Source: Bacteroidota bacterium (lineage in GTDB: Bacteria > Bacteroidota > Bacteroidia > NS11-12g > UBA955). From it: 64,000 nucleotides of DNA. The stretch covers positions 44,659 to 108,658 of the forward strand of contig JANXMZ010000003.1 in the NCBI GenBank assembly GCA_025354385.1. The letters are read 5' to 3'. Position numbers and translations under genes: made by a program. Shown here one piece after another: positions 37,433 to 45,997 of this stretch. Below the pieces are notes generated by a model. That model was not told the DNA's origin and ran no database searches. It was given only the letters and a program-made list of their open reading frames with translations. The number at the start of each line of letters is the position of its first letter. Position 1 is the stretch's first letter.

Positions 37433-38918
37433 AATTATAAAGTTTGTTTTCCTCCTTATCCTTTTGAGTCAAGCGCCTATCGCCTTCGCTCAAAACAATA
37501 CTCACTCACCTTACTCGGCAAGAGGAATTGGCGAAATAGACCAATTTAGTTCGGCCTACAACCGTTCACTAGGCAGTGTATTCAACGGCATAAGAAGTAC
37601 ACGCTTTATTTCTTACTCCAACCCTGCTTCCATTGCTGCTCTGAAACAAGTGGTTTTCGATTTTGGATTTCATGCCGAAAAAGGACAATCCTCTACCACT
37701 ACTGCTGATAGAACCTTTAACAATGGAAACTTTAGCTACATAGTTCTTGGATTTCCAGTTTGGAGAAAAGAGATACTGTTAGATACTTTTAAAAATAAAA
37801 ACCTTATTAAGAAAACGAACTTGATAAAAACTTATAAAACAATTTGGAGTTCTGCTATAGGCCTCACTCCTTTCTCAAGTATAGGTACTTCTTATTTCAA
37901 ATCGGTGGATACTACTTATGGCACCATTACCAATTTCTATTCTAAAACCGGTGGATTATCTCGATTATTTCTTATGAATGGCGTGAATGTTTCTAAAAAT
38001 ATTTCATTGGGTTTGAACGCCTCTTACGTTTTTGGACAAGTGCGCAACGACCAAGTATTTTTTATCCAAGATACAGGTGTGAGCAGAGCCTTATATGACC
38101 AAAGTATTTATCAGTTAAGAGGGTTTAAGTTCGATTTAGGTATTCAAACTCAACATAAGGATACATTTTCATACAAGCGACTTGAAATTCGAAGAGATAC
38201 CGTGAAGGATGTAAATGGCATAAAGAAAATTAAAATTGACAGTATTAGACGCATTATTCGTGTTCCATTAAAATTCGTTTTTGGTGGTACTATTAATAAC
38301 AGTGCTAGGCTTAATTACGATTTAAGCAGGTTGGCACTCAACAAAAGCAATTACTATAGCATTGGCAGTTCTGATACGGTTATTCACCAAACAGACCAGC
38401 GTGGCAAGACCTATTTACCCACAGGTTTTTCTGCAGGTTTTTCATTTACTTATAATAACCGATGGATGTTAGCTTTTGATTATTCCTCAACACTGTGGGC
38501 CAAACAAAAATTACCTTTGTTCAATGATCTTTATACCAATGCTTCTCAACTATCTGTTGGATTGGCTTATAAACCAGATATGGATTTGGAAAACATGTCC
38601 AAAAAAACAGGTGATAGATACAAGTCCAACATAGAATACCGCCTTGGCTTTCGTCAAAATAATACGGGTTACAATTTTAAAGACAATGCAGGCATTATTT
38701 CTCCATTAAAAGAATATGGCATCAGTTTTGGAATTGGTATACCAAAATTAAGAAGAGACCCATATACCAGATTAATTTTGAAATCTATGATTAATCTTAC
38801 AGGAGAATATATACATAGAGGCACCACTAAAAATGGAATGATAGAGGAAGATTTGATTCGATTAACCATTGGTGTTTCCCTAGGAGATATTTGGTTCACG
38901 AAACGTAAATTTAATTAA
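37425..38918 (+). CDS. Putative outer-membrane beta-barrel protein (porin-like), function unknown
   Basis: Signal peptide ...APIAFAQ, alternating beta-strand-like pattern throughout, aromatic C-terminal residue region (...IWFTKRKFN). Overlaps the coaX stop by 8 nt. Confidence 0.5.
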   Translation: MIKIIKFVFLLILLSQAPIAFAQNNTHSPYSARGIGEIDQFSSAYNRSLGSVFNGIRSTRFISYSNPASIAALKQVVFDFGFHAEKGQSSTTTADRTFNNGNFSYIVLGFPVWRKEILLDTFKNKNLIKKTNLIKTYKTIWSSAIGLTPFSSIGTSYFKSVDTTYGTITNFYSKTGGLSRLFLMNGVNVSKNISLGLNASYVFGQVRNDQVFFIQDTGVSRALYDQSIYQLRGFKFDLGIQTQHKDTFSYKRLEIRRDTVKDVNGIKKIKIDSIRRIIRVPLKFVFGGTINNSARLNYDLSRLALNKSNYYSIGSSDTVIHQTDQRGKTYLPTGFSAGFSFTYNNRWMLAFDYSSTLWAKQKLPLFNDLYTNASQLSVGLAYKPDMDLENMSKKTGDRYKSNIEYRLGFRQNNTGYNFKDNAGIISPLKEYGISFGIGIPKLRRDPYTRLILKSMINLTGEYIHRGTTKNGMIEEDLIRLTIGVSLGDIWFTKRKFN

Positions 38919-38926
38919 ATAAGAGA

Positions 38927-39109
38927 ATGAATGATAAACAAAAAATCGTGTTATTGCTGATAGCGCTTGTTTGCAATTTCACTTTTCTCGCTACCGCAGA
39001 AACTAAATCGGCTCCGGGTTTTGACAACGAACCAATGATTAAGGAGCGCCCTATTATTACCAAAATTGATTCTACTGCGTTAAAACTTCAACATCCAGCG
39101 GTTAATTAA
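38927..39109 (+). CDS. Small secreted hypothetical protein
   Basis: 60-aa ORF with a signal-like segment (IVLLLIALVCNFTFLATA). Packed between operon genes with 8-nt gaps. No homology recognisable. Confidence 0.3.
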   Translation: MNDKQKIVLLLIALVCNFTFLATAETKSAPGFDNEPMIKERPIITKIDSTALKLQHPAVN

Positions 39110-39117
39110 GCTATTGT

Positions 39118-39675
39118 ATGCGATTCTTCCTTTTTTTTATAAGTATTATTTTACTACAAGCTTGCAGCAGTGAAAAGGCGAAAGAAAACGTCGCTAAATC
39201 ATTAAAAGCAGATACACTCCTTTTTACACAAGAAGGCACCAATGTTACAATTCATTATACAGATTCAGGACATTTAAAAGCCACCATTTTTGCACCAGCA
39301 CTTATTGGGTATAAAAAAGATGGGAACGAAATTGTAAAGATGCCCAAGGGTATTAATGGTGAATTTTTTAATTCAGATGGGCTGAAGGAAAGCACTATTA
39401 CTGCCGAAAAAGGCATTTCCTATCAAACCAAAAAAATTACAGAGGTATGGCAAAATGTTGTTGTTACCAATATTAAAGGAGAAAAATTAAATACTGAAAA
39501 ACTCATTTGGAATCAAAACACACAAAAAATTTATACGGATAAATTTGTTAGAATTACCACTGCAACAGAGATATTAACTGGTGAAGGCATGGAAGCCAAA
39601 CAAGATTTTACAAGTTGGGTAATTTTAAAACCACGAGGCACTATTTCCATTAAAAAAGATAGCACCGATAATTAA
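39118..39675 (+). CDS. lptC: LPS export system periplasmic/lipoprotein component LptC-like
   Basis: Lipobox LLQAC. C-terminal pattern VVVTNIKGEKLNTEKLIWNQNTQKIYTDKFVRITTATEILTGEGMEAKQDF resembles Bacteroidetes LptC. Confidence 0.6.
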   Translation: MRFFLFFISIILLQACSSEKAKENVAKSLKADTLLFTQEGTNVTIHYTDSGHLKATIFAPALIGYKKDGNEIVKMPKGINGEFFNSDGLKESTITAEKGISYQTKKITEVWQNVVVTNIKGEKLNTEKLIWNQNTQKIYTDKFVRITTATEILTGEGMEAKQDFTSWVILKPRGTISIKKDSTDN

Positions 39676-39682
39676 TCATAAC

Positions 39683-39883
39683 ATGGACAAAAAAAGTTTA
39701 CTTGGCTCACAAATTATTATTGTATTATACATACTAGCAGCGGCCATTTCATGCATAGAAGGCATGGCTCAATTTCAAAAAGGCGGATTTAAAAATCCAT
39801 TTGTTTATTTATTAAGTGGTATTTTTATTTTTTGCGCTTACATGTATTTCAAGAAAAAAAAGCAGCGTTTTGAAAATAAATAA
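39683..39883 (+). CDS. Small two-TM membrane protein
   Basis: 66 aa with two hydrophobic helices and a basic tail (KKKKQRFENK). Confidence 0.4.
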   Translation: MDKKSLLGSQIIIVLYILAAAISCIEGMAQFQKGGFKNPFVYLLSGIFIFCAYMYFKKKKQRFENK

Positions 39884-39886
39884 TTC

Positions 39887-40906
39887 CTAATAATTTACAA
39901 TTCTGTTGCCCAATTTTGCGAGTGCTTCGGAGAAATTAATATCAGAAAAATCAGGTTTAATAGATGTCACTTTCATACCGTGTTCGCTTTTAGTAAGCTC
40001 GTAATAAAAAATAAACGCATCCTCTGGTTTTGTTTTTTCAAAGTCGCTTCTGCCCCATTTAACAATAAACATTTGCAATGTATTTTCATCTTTGCGCTGT
40101 AATATATATTTACCTTGACTGAACCATTTCATGGTTTCCAATTCTTTACTTCTAAAATCATCTTCGAGTTGAAGATTTCTTTTGTATTGAACAAATTCTA
40201 TGACAGGATGCTTTTGCAATAAGGCATATTCGCCTACAATTAAGTTGCTATCATTGTAGGCAATACCGGCCCACAGAACATTGTTAAAAATGGTAGGTGT
40301 GGTGCACAAGGTTGTGTAACTAATTTTCTGCATGTTTAACTGGTCTGCAAACTTTTGCTGGGCATAAAATTTAGAACCAAAGGTTAATACCAAATAAGTT
40401 GTGCTGAGGTAAATTGATCTCTTTATCCACTTTACTCTTCTTTCATCGCTCCTTTTAATAGTAAGAGAATAAATAAAGACGCCTAAGAAAGGCAATGTGT
40501 ATAATGGATCGATGATAGACAGATTATTAAAGCCCACTCGGTAATCGGTAAAGGGAAGTAGTAATTGTGTACCATAAGTAGTGAAAGAATCTAAAATAGA
40601 ATGGCTGAGTAGTCCCAATATCCAAAGCAAATACCAAGTGAGATAAGGTATTTTTTTCCTAAACGATAAAAATGTAATCAGCGACAAAAGGAACGCGACG
40701 ACAAAATCTGTGAGCAAGGCATGGGTATAACTTCTATGAATAATTATTTCCGCTAAATCATCGTGTAAGTATGTAGTAAGAATAACATCTATATCCGGAA
40801 AATCTCCAGCAATAGCGCCAATTATCATGGCTTTATTGCCTATTTTTTTGCCGAGTACTAATTCGCCTATGGCAGCACCTGCAACAATGTGGGTTAACGG
40901 ATCCAT
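39887..40906 (-). CDS. Membrane-bound metal-dependent hydrolase (YdjM/DUF457-like) with C-terminal soluble extension
   Basis: N-terminus MDPLTHIVAGAAIGE, HRSYTHAL, LLSHSILDSFT. A -7 box TACATTTG lies 13 nt upstream. Confidence 0.65.
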   Translation of the reverse strand: MDPLTHIVAGAAIGELVLGKKIGNKAMIIGAIAGDFPDIDVILTTYLHDDLAEIIIHRSYTHALLTDFVVAFLLSLITFLSFRKKIPYLTWYLLWILGLLSHSILDSFTTYGTQLLLPFTDYRVGFNNLSIIDPLYTLPFLGVFIYSLTIKRSDERRVKWIKRSIYLSTTYLVLTFGSKFYAQQKFADQLNMQKISYTTLCTTPTIFNNVLWAGIAYNDSNLIVGEYALLQKHPVIEFVQYKRNLQLEDDFRSKELETMKWFSQGKYILQRKDENTLQMFIVKWGRSDFEKTKPEDAFIFYYELTKSEHGMKVTSIKPDFSDINFSEALAKLGNRIVNY

Positions 40907-40919
40907 TTTATTTGAAAAG

Positions 40920-40927
40920 CAAATGTA
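40920..40927 (-). promoter_or_regulatory. -7 box TACATTTG for the YdjM-like hydrolase gene
   Basis: Exact match, 13 nt from the ATG at 40906. Confidence 0.45.
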
Positions 40928-40967
40928 ACCATATAAATGGTTTCAAAACAAGTTCTTTCAAAATTCT

Positions 40968-42056
40968 TCACAATGGCCTTCCCTTCCACTTAACCTTACT
41001 GAATCGGGCATATAATAACACTACAATAATATAAATTTCATAAAATGGCATCAATAAAATTAACAAGTACTTGAAAGTGAATATATTTCTCAACTTTATT
41101 CCTAAGAGTAAATCAAAAAGTAATTTATTTATCAATAATCCAATAGCAATAATACTATGGGTGCTAATCGCCAAGATAAATAAATAATAAAATGCCATAA
41201 GTTGCATCAATATGAATAACTGCAAATATTGGTTCCAAGGGTAGGCATAAAATTTTCTTTTAGACAGCCAACGTATTCTTTGATTCAGGAATTCTTTTAG
41301 ACCTAAACAAGCATTTGTATAAACCATAGCATTAAGATTTAAATGATACGCTACCTTTTTTTTATCATAATTATAGAAGGTTTGCATCAATAAATCGTCA
41401 TCACCCGATGCTAGTGCCTTGTGATGATTATAACCATTTAATTGATTGAAAATAGATTTTTTGAACATTAAATTTGCACCATTACAGGTAGCAGGTTTTT
41501 GCATTGCCATCATAGCAGCGCTGATACCAACTACTGCAGCCGACTCTGTTTGCTGCAACTGTTGAAATAATGATGAAGAATCGTTGAAATTAATTGGACC
41601 GCACAACATATTCAATTGCTTTTGTTCGAAAGAAAATAACATATTGCTAAGCCATTGATTTTCCATCGTACAATCTGCATCGGTTGTTATTATTATATCA
41701 TTTACTGCATACTCTATGCCCATCGAAAGCGCATTTTTTTTCCCAGCAATTGTATTTTTTAAAACAGTTAAGGGCAAATTATTCACAAACTCTGTTGCTA
41801 TTTTATAGGTAGCATCTTCCGAAAAGTCATCAATCACAATGATTTCAAATTGATAAATAGACAAGGTTTGCTGGGCAATAGATCTTAAACATTTTCCGAT
41901 ATTAGTTGCTTCATTTCTACATGGAATTACAATAGAAACTTTAGATTTCACCAAATCACTTTTAGAAAAATTAGTTTCCATAGCAATGGACACTTTAAAA
42001 ATAAAAATGCAATAAAAGGCAATAATTAAACCAGCTATAAAAAGTGCGATTGTCAT
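40968..42056 (-). CDS. Family 2 glycosyltransferase, membrane-integrated (processive-type Q-x-x-R-W motif)
   Basis: VSIVIPCRNE, DDFSED, TTDADC (DxD), NQRIRWLSK (QxxRW); N- and C-terminal TM segments. Confidence 0.8.
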   Translation of the reverse strand: MTIALFIAGLIIAFYCIFIFKVSIAMETNFSKSDLVKSKVSIVIPCRNEATNIGKCLRSIAQQTLSIYQFEIIVIDDFSEDATYKIATEFVNNLPLTVLKNTIAGKKNALSMGIEYAVNDIIITTDADCTMENQWLSNMLFSFEQKQLNMLCGPINFNDSSSLFQQLQQTESAAVVGISAAMMAMQKPATCNGANLMFKKSIFNQLNGYNHHKALASGDDDLLMQTFYNYDKKKVAYHLNLNAMVYTNACLGLKEFLNQRIRWLSKRKFYAYPWNQYLQLFILMQLMAFYYLFILAISTHSIIAIGLLINKLLFDLLLGIKLRNIFTFKYLLILLMPFYEIYIIVVLLYARFSKVKWKGRPL

Positions 42057-43126
42057 CCTTCTTTAAATTTTACAAACATAATTAAACAAGCTCCTATGAG
42101 CATTGGCAATGCTACATTAAACAAGTAAATTATCATTCCAGGCACATAATCCATTTGCGATCCTTGTACAACACCTTTGCTGAACACCATAACAGGTATA
42201 GCAATTCGAATGGCCACATCTGTTAAGATAAAGTTAGGCGCTATGGACTGCATTAAGAAAATACAACTCACAGCCATTAGGTGGTAAAAAAGAGTAGCCT
42301 GCATGCCAAGGTTAAAATGCCAAGCCAACAAACTATATGGCATTAAAAAAAAGAAATACCTAAAAGCAGAAAGTCCAAGAATATTTAACAATTGTTTCCG
42401 ATTGAGCAATGCTGCAGCAGCTTTTAATTTTAGGGTTATCTTAAGCATCCATCCCTTATCTACCCAATAAAAATTAGCTTTTGGTATATACCAGTATAGG
42501 ATTAAAGCAACAATAAGTATTAAAACAAAGGATACAATTAAGAAATTGGAATAGGCAATAGGTTGAATGACAGAAAAACCTATTATACCAAAAAAGAAAG
42601 TCATTAATAATTGACTGTAGCCTCCAACAATAGAGAGCAATCCTGCATTCAATTTATGATGATTATGCACATACATAAGTCGACCCAAATACTCTCCAGT
42701 TTTGTAAGGCAAAAGTTGAGAGATAGCCACTCCAGAAAGTACAGAACGCAATGCCTTTTTAAAACTTAAAGGATTGACATCTTTGATGAGATATTGCCAT
42801 TTTAAGGTTTCTAATGTCCAGTTAACAAAAGCACAAAGAGCAATTAACAGATACCATTGCAATGGCAATTGTTGTAATTGTTCAGAAAAATGTGAAATGG
42901 AGAATGCTGTATTTCTGAAAAATTTCTTGTACAAAAACAAGGCAATTAAAATAGGCACCAACCACTGCACCGCAATGAAAATAATTCTCCAAACCGAATT
43001 ATCCTTTATCTTTGTTTTGTTTTGCAAAGGGTAGAAATTAATAATTTTGATAAAATTGTTCTGGGAATAGATCCCGGCACAAATATAATGGGTTATGGTG
43101 TTGTAGGTATCAAGGGCAAACAACAT
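42053..43126 (-). CDS. Flippase-like / lysyl-phosphatidylglycerol-synthase TM-region family (UPF0104) membrane protein; 5' end uncertain
   Basis: Polytopic ORF with a 4-nt overlap with the GT2 gene. The ATG at 43126 lies upstream of a minus-strand -7 box (43080-43087) and would overlap ruvC by 105 nt. A TTG at 43027 is the more likely start. Confidence 0.6.
   Translation of the reverse strand: MLFALDTYNTITHYICAGIYSQNNFIKIINFYPLQNKTKIKDNSVWRIIFIAVQWLVPILIALFLYKKFFRNTAFSISHFSEQLQQLPLQWYLLIALCAFVNWTLETLKWQYLIKDVNPLSFKKALRSVLSGVAISQLLPYKTGEYLGRLMYVHNHHKLNAGLLSIVGGYSQLLMTFFFGIIGFSVIQPIAYSNFLIVSFVLILIVALILYWYIPKANFYWVDKGWMLKITLKLKAAAALLNRKQLLNILGLSAFRYFFFLMPYSLLAWHFNLGMQATLFYHLMAVSCIFLMQSIAPNFILTDVAIRIAIPVMVFSKGVVQGSQMDYVPGMIIYLFNVALPMLIGACLIMFVKFKEG
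43007..43014 (+). promoter_or_regulatory. -7 box TATCTTTG for ruvC
   Basis: Exact match, 7 nt from the TTG at 43022. Confidence 0.4.
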
Positions 43127-43606
43127 AGTTTAATAAGTATTGGAATTATTCGTTTGGATAAGTTAGAAGACCATGCCATTAAACTGAAACATATTTTTGA
43201 AAGGGTAACCGGCATAATAGATAGCTACAAACCCGACGAATTGGCCATTGAGGCACCTTTTTTTGGCAAGAATGTACAATCTATGTTAAAACTTGGCAGA
43301 GCCCAAGGTGTTGCCATTGCGGCTGCGCTTATGAGAGAAATCCCCATTTTTGAATACCAGCCTCGCAAAATAAAATTGAGTGTAACTGGCAATGGCAATT
43401 CAACAAAAGAACAAGTAGCTGCCATGCTGCAAACACTTTTACAATTTGAAGAAATGCCAAAACATTTGGATGCTACAGATGCATTGGGTGCCGCCATGTG
43501 TCATATATTTCAAAATTCACCAAGAGGCTTCGGATTAAAAACGGGAAAGAAAGCTGGGTCGGGTTGGGGAAAGTTTGTCAATGAAAATAAAGAGAGGGTA
43601 AAGTGA
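43022..43606 (+). CDS. ruvC: Crossover junction endodeoxyribonuclease RuvC
   Basis: VLGIDPGTNIMGYGV, LAIEAPFFGKNVQSMLKLGRAQG, ATDALGAAMCH. The only canonical in-frame start before the LGIDPG motif is TTG at 43022. Confidence 0.9.
   Translation: MQRVEINNFDKIVLGIDPGTNIMGYGVVGIKGKQHSLISIGIIRLDKLEDHAIKLKHIFERVTGIIDSYKPDELAIEAPFFGKNVQSMLKLGRAQGVAIAAALMREIPIFEYQPRKIKLSVTGNGNSTKEQVAAMLQTLLQFEEMPKHLDATDALGAAMCHIFQNSPRGFGLKTGKKAGSGWGKFVNENKERVK
43080..43087 (-). promoter_or_regulatory. -7 box TATATTTG for the flippase-like/GT2 operon (inside the ruvC 5' coding region)
   Basis: Exact match on the minus strand, downstream of the ORF-track ATG (43126) and 52 nt upstream of the TTG at 43027. Confidence 0.35.
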
Positions 43607-43719
43607 TTTGATGATTTAATTGGTTAAATTAGGTTTCCTAAGATATTGCCAATACACAACAATCAGAGTATTCCGCTTCGCTTTCTTCACCCTTTAATGA
43701 CAAGCCAATAAATAATCAC

Positions 43720-45018
43720 TTACCTCAAAACAAGTTTCTTTCTCACCTTGCCGCTCTTCTCAATTAAGAACCAAAGGCCATTGGTTTTGCCTTTTCCTAC
43801 AAAACAATCTGTAGATTCTGCAAGCGTTAAATTGGTAAATTTATCTATTTTTTTCTCGGCCAATTCAAGCTCATCAAACTCTAGCAAGCGCACCCTTTCG
43901 CCATTGGTATTAATTGCAATTGTAGTGTAATCACCAGGTGATGAAAGACTACCATGATATAAGGTTGCAATGCCATTTTTAAAAGTACTGGCCTTATTTT
44001 GTTCCTTATTACAACTTGCTAAATTGGTTTTTATTTTTATTCTACCAAGAGTATCTATGTATACAATTTGGCTATCTATTCCAACTGCGCAAAGACCCTC
44101 AGAGAACTCGGGTTCAAATGAGCAGGGCATTTCGAATCCTGAATTAATACGCACGTTGAATAAAGTATCTGTGAACACAAATTTACCGCAATAAAAGGTA
44201 TCTTCATTGGCCATGTTCTCTTTTTGATATTCCCCACAATCGTAATACAACAAAAGACGGTTATTCTTATGCGGATATTTCTTCAATAATCTTTCTGCAT
44301 CTATTAAGGCTATTGGATATTTATTTTTCTCCGTAACACGCGGTAAATCAAATACTGGATCAAATACATTGGGGTCGTGATAAACTACATCCTTCTTGAC
44401 AGAATCTTTGTGCCTATTTCTTCTATCATTATTTACTACAATAATTACTGGTTTTAATTTCACTTTAACGAATGCCTTTTGTGGCAATCGCTCTCCTAAA
44501 TGGTTGATGTAAAAAACTTCTGTAAAGTTTTTGGGTGTAGTACTGGCTTTGTAAATTTTCGCCTTCCCATTTTTAAAAGGCAGAGCCTTATTTCTTTGTG
44601 CAGAGCAGGCTAACAAATGGGTATTGATTTTTAATTTACCAAAACTATCTATGAAAGCGATTTCATTATTGATGCTCACTGCGCATAAACCTTCACTAAA
44701 TTTAGGTTCAAAATAACAAGGCATTTGAAAAACTGGGCGAATTTTAACTTCAAAATTCCTATTAACAAAAACATATTTACCACACATGCTGGTATCTGTC
44801 GCCTTGATATTTCGAAATTGAAATGGGTCGCAATAAAACGGAATACATGTGAGTCCTTCACTGAATGGATATTTATAAATGTAGGCTTCTTTCAAGATAC
44901 TGTCTATAAATAATTTGGTTTGAGCCCTTAAGCCAAAACAACTTAATATCAATATGTATAAGAAAAACTTTTTCAAGGAAGAAATCTTGACTTTAATTCT
45001 GGCGTTGGCAGCCAACAT
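43720..45018 (-). CDS. Secreted WG-repeat (KWG-like) protein with internal ~115-aa duplication
   Basis: Signal-like FFLYILILSCFGLRAQ. Two copies of CGK(Y/F)VF...F(Q/E)MPC.FEP.FSEGLCAV...ID..G..KI.T.L..C....NKA..FKNG. The 5' 46 nt overlap the upstream DCC gene, so the start is uncertain. Confidence 0.6.
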   Translation of the reverse strand: MLAANARIKVKISSLKKFFLYILILSCFGLRAQTKLFIDSILKEAYIYKYPFSEGLTCIPFYCDPFQFRNIKATDTSMCGKYVFVNRNFEVKIRPVFQMPCYFEPKFSEGLCAVSINNEIAFIDSFGKLKINTHLLACSAQRNKALPFKNGKAKIYKASTTPKNFTEVFYINHLGERLPQKAFVKVKLKPVIIVVNNDRRNRHKDSVKKDVVYHDPNVFDPVFDLPRVTEKNKYPIALIDAERLLKKYPHKNNRLLLYYDCGEYQKENMANEDTFYCGKFVFTDTLFNVRINSGFEMPCSFEPEFSEGLCAVGIDSQIVYIDTLGRIKIKTNLASCNKEQNKASTFKNGIATLYHGSLSSPGDYTTIAINTNGERVRLLEFDELELAEKKIDKFTNLTLAESTDCFVGKGKTNGLWFLIEKSGKVRKKLVLR

Positions 45019-45377
45019 GTATCCTGTTTACCAAACCATTTGTATCTGTTTTTAGCCACCCTATCGTATACCCAATTTCTGATAAATACTGGGACCAAAA
45101 TAAATACAAAAGTTAAATTGAGGGGGAAACTCAGGTATTTTGCGATATTTAAGACAGCCGTACTTTTTGTTTTAAAGCTTCCATTTTTTTGCATAAAAAC
45201 AATGGTGCCCAATTCATCCTCTTTAGTATATTTTTCTGGCAATAATTCCCTTGCTGTAAGGCTTTGAAGGGAGGCAAAATGAAATCTTTTCTTGCGGTCG
45301 TATTTCAAAATGGTTTGCACACTCCCATTGCACAAGTTACATACTCCATCAAAAAAAACGATTTCCTTGTCTGTCAT
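44973..45377 (-). CDS. Thiol-disulfide oxidoreductase DCC family (DUF393)
   Basis: FFDGVCNLCNGSV motif near the N-terminus; 134 aa. Confidence 0.75.
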   Translation of the reverse strand: MTDKEIVFFDGVCNLCNGSVQTILKYDRKKRFHFASLQSLTARELLPEKYTKEDELGTIVFMQKNGSFKTKSTAVLNIAKYLSFPLNLTFVFILVPVFIRNWVYDRVAKNRYKWFGKQDTCWLPTPELKSRFLP

Positions 45378-45847
45378 TAAAAAACAGGTTGCCCCTCTTT
45401 AATCATAACCCCAATACTTTGTATGCCATTAATTACACTGTCTCTTAAATTCTGTTCCAATGCAATAAAATATTTTCCGGTTTTGGTAAACTTTTGCTCT
45501 TTGAAGATTGGCAACTGATAACTAATAGTATTGCCGGTTACCTTGCCTTTAGGATTGCCATTTTCATCTGTCAAAGTAAAGTTAACTTGATGCGTTGTAA
45601 TTTTCCCATCTGGATCTTTAATATGGGTTAATAAATATAAATTTTCGTATGGATATGAGTTTGATATTTTAAGATTTAAATAAATCTCGTGGTTAAGAGA
45701 TGTATTTTTAACATCGAAATCAAAATCAGGAATCTGATTAAAAGCCCAACTCGCATTTGGAATATCGCGCATTTCATCCACTATTTTTGTATTATCACCA
45801 CAGGCAATTAAACACAAAAAGATTAGTATAAAGCCAACTCTTATCAT
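45377..45847 (-). CDS. gldH: Gliding motility lipoprotein GldH-like
   Basis: 156 aa; lipobox LIAC; NSYPYENLYLL and later Y..P....KF.K.GKY pattern resemble F. johnsoniae GldH as I recall it. A -7 box lies 4 nt from the ATG. Confidence 0.65.
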   Translation of the reverse strand: MIRVGFILIFLCLIACGDNTKIVDEMRDIPNASWAFNQIPDFDFDVKNTSLNHEIYLNLKISNSYPYENLYLLTHIKDPDGKITTHQVNFTLTDENGNPKGKVTGNTISYQLPIFKEQKFTKTGKYFIALEQNLRDSVINGIQSIGVMIKEGQPVF

Positions 45848-45851
45848 GTTA

Positions 45852-45859
45852 CAAAATTA
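45852..45859 (-). promoter_or_regulatory. -7 box TAATTTTG, 4 nt from the gldH ATG (leaderless geometry)
   Basis: Minus strand reads TAATTTTG-TAAC-ATG. Confidence 0.45.
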
Positions 45860-45971
45860 ACATGTTTCGATTAGAATAAAAATCATCCTGTCGACTTAAA
45901 AACAATAGATAAGCACATACAACGTAGATAACTTTAAGCCTCCACTTTTCAGTATTAAGAATGAATGCTAC

Positions 45972-45979
45972 TAATTTTG
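45972..45979 (+). promoter_or_regulatory. -7 box TAATTTTG for the transglutaminase-like gene
   Basis: Exact match, 18 nt from the ATG at 45998. Confidence 0.45.
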
Positions 45980-45997
45980 TATAAATCAACCCTAGAA

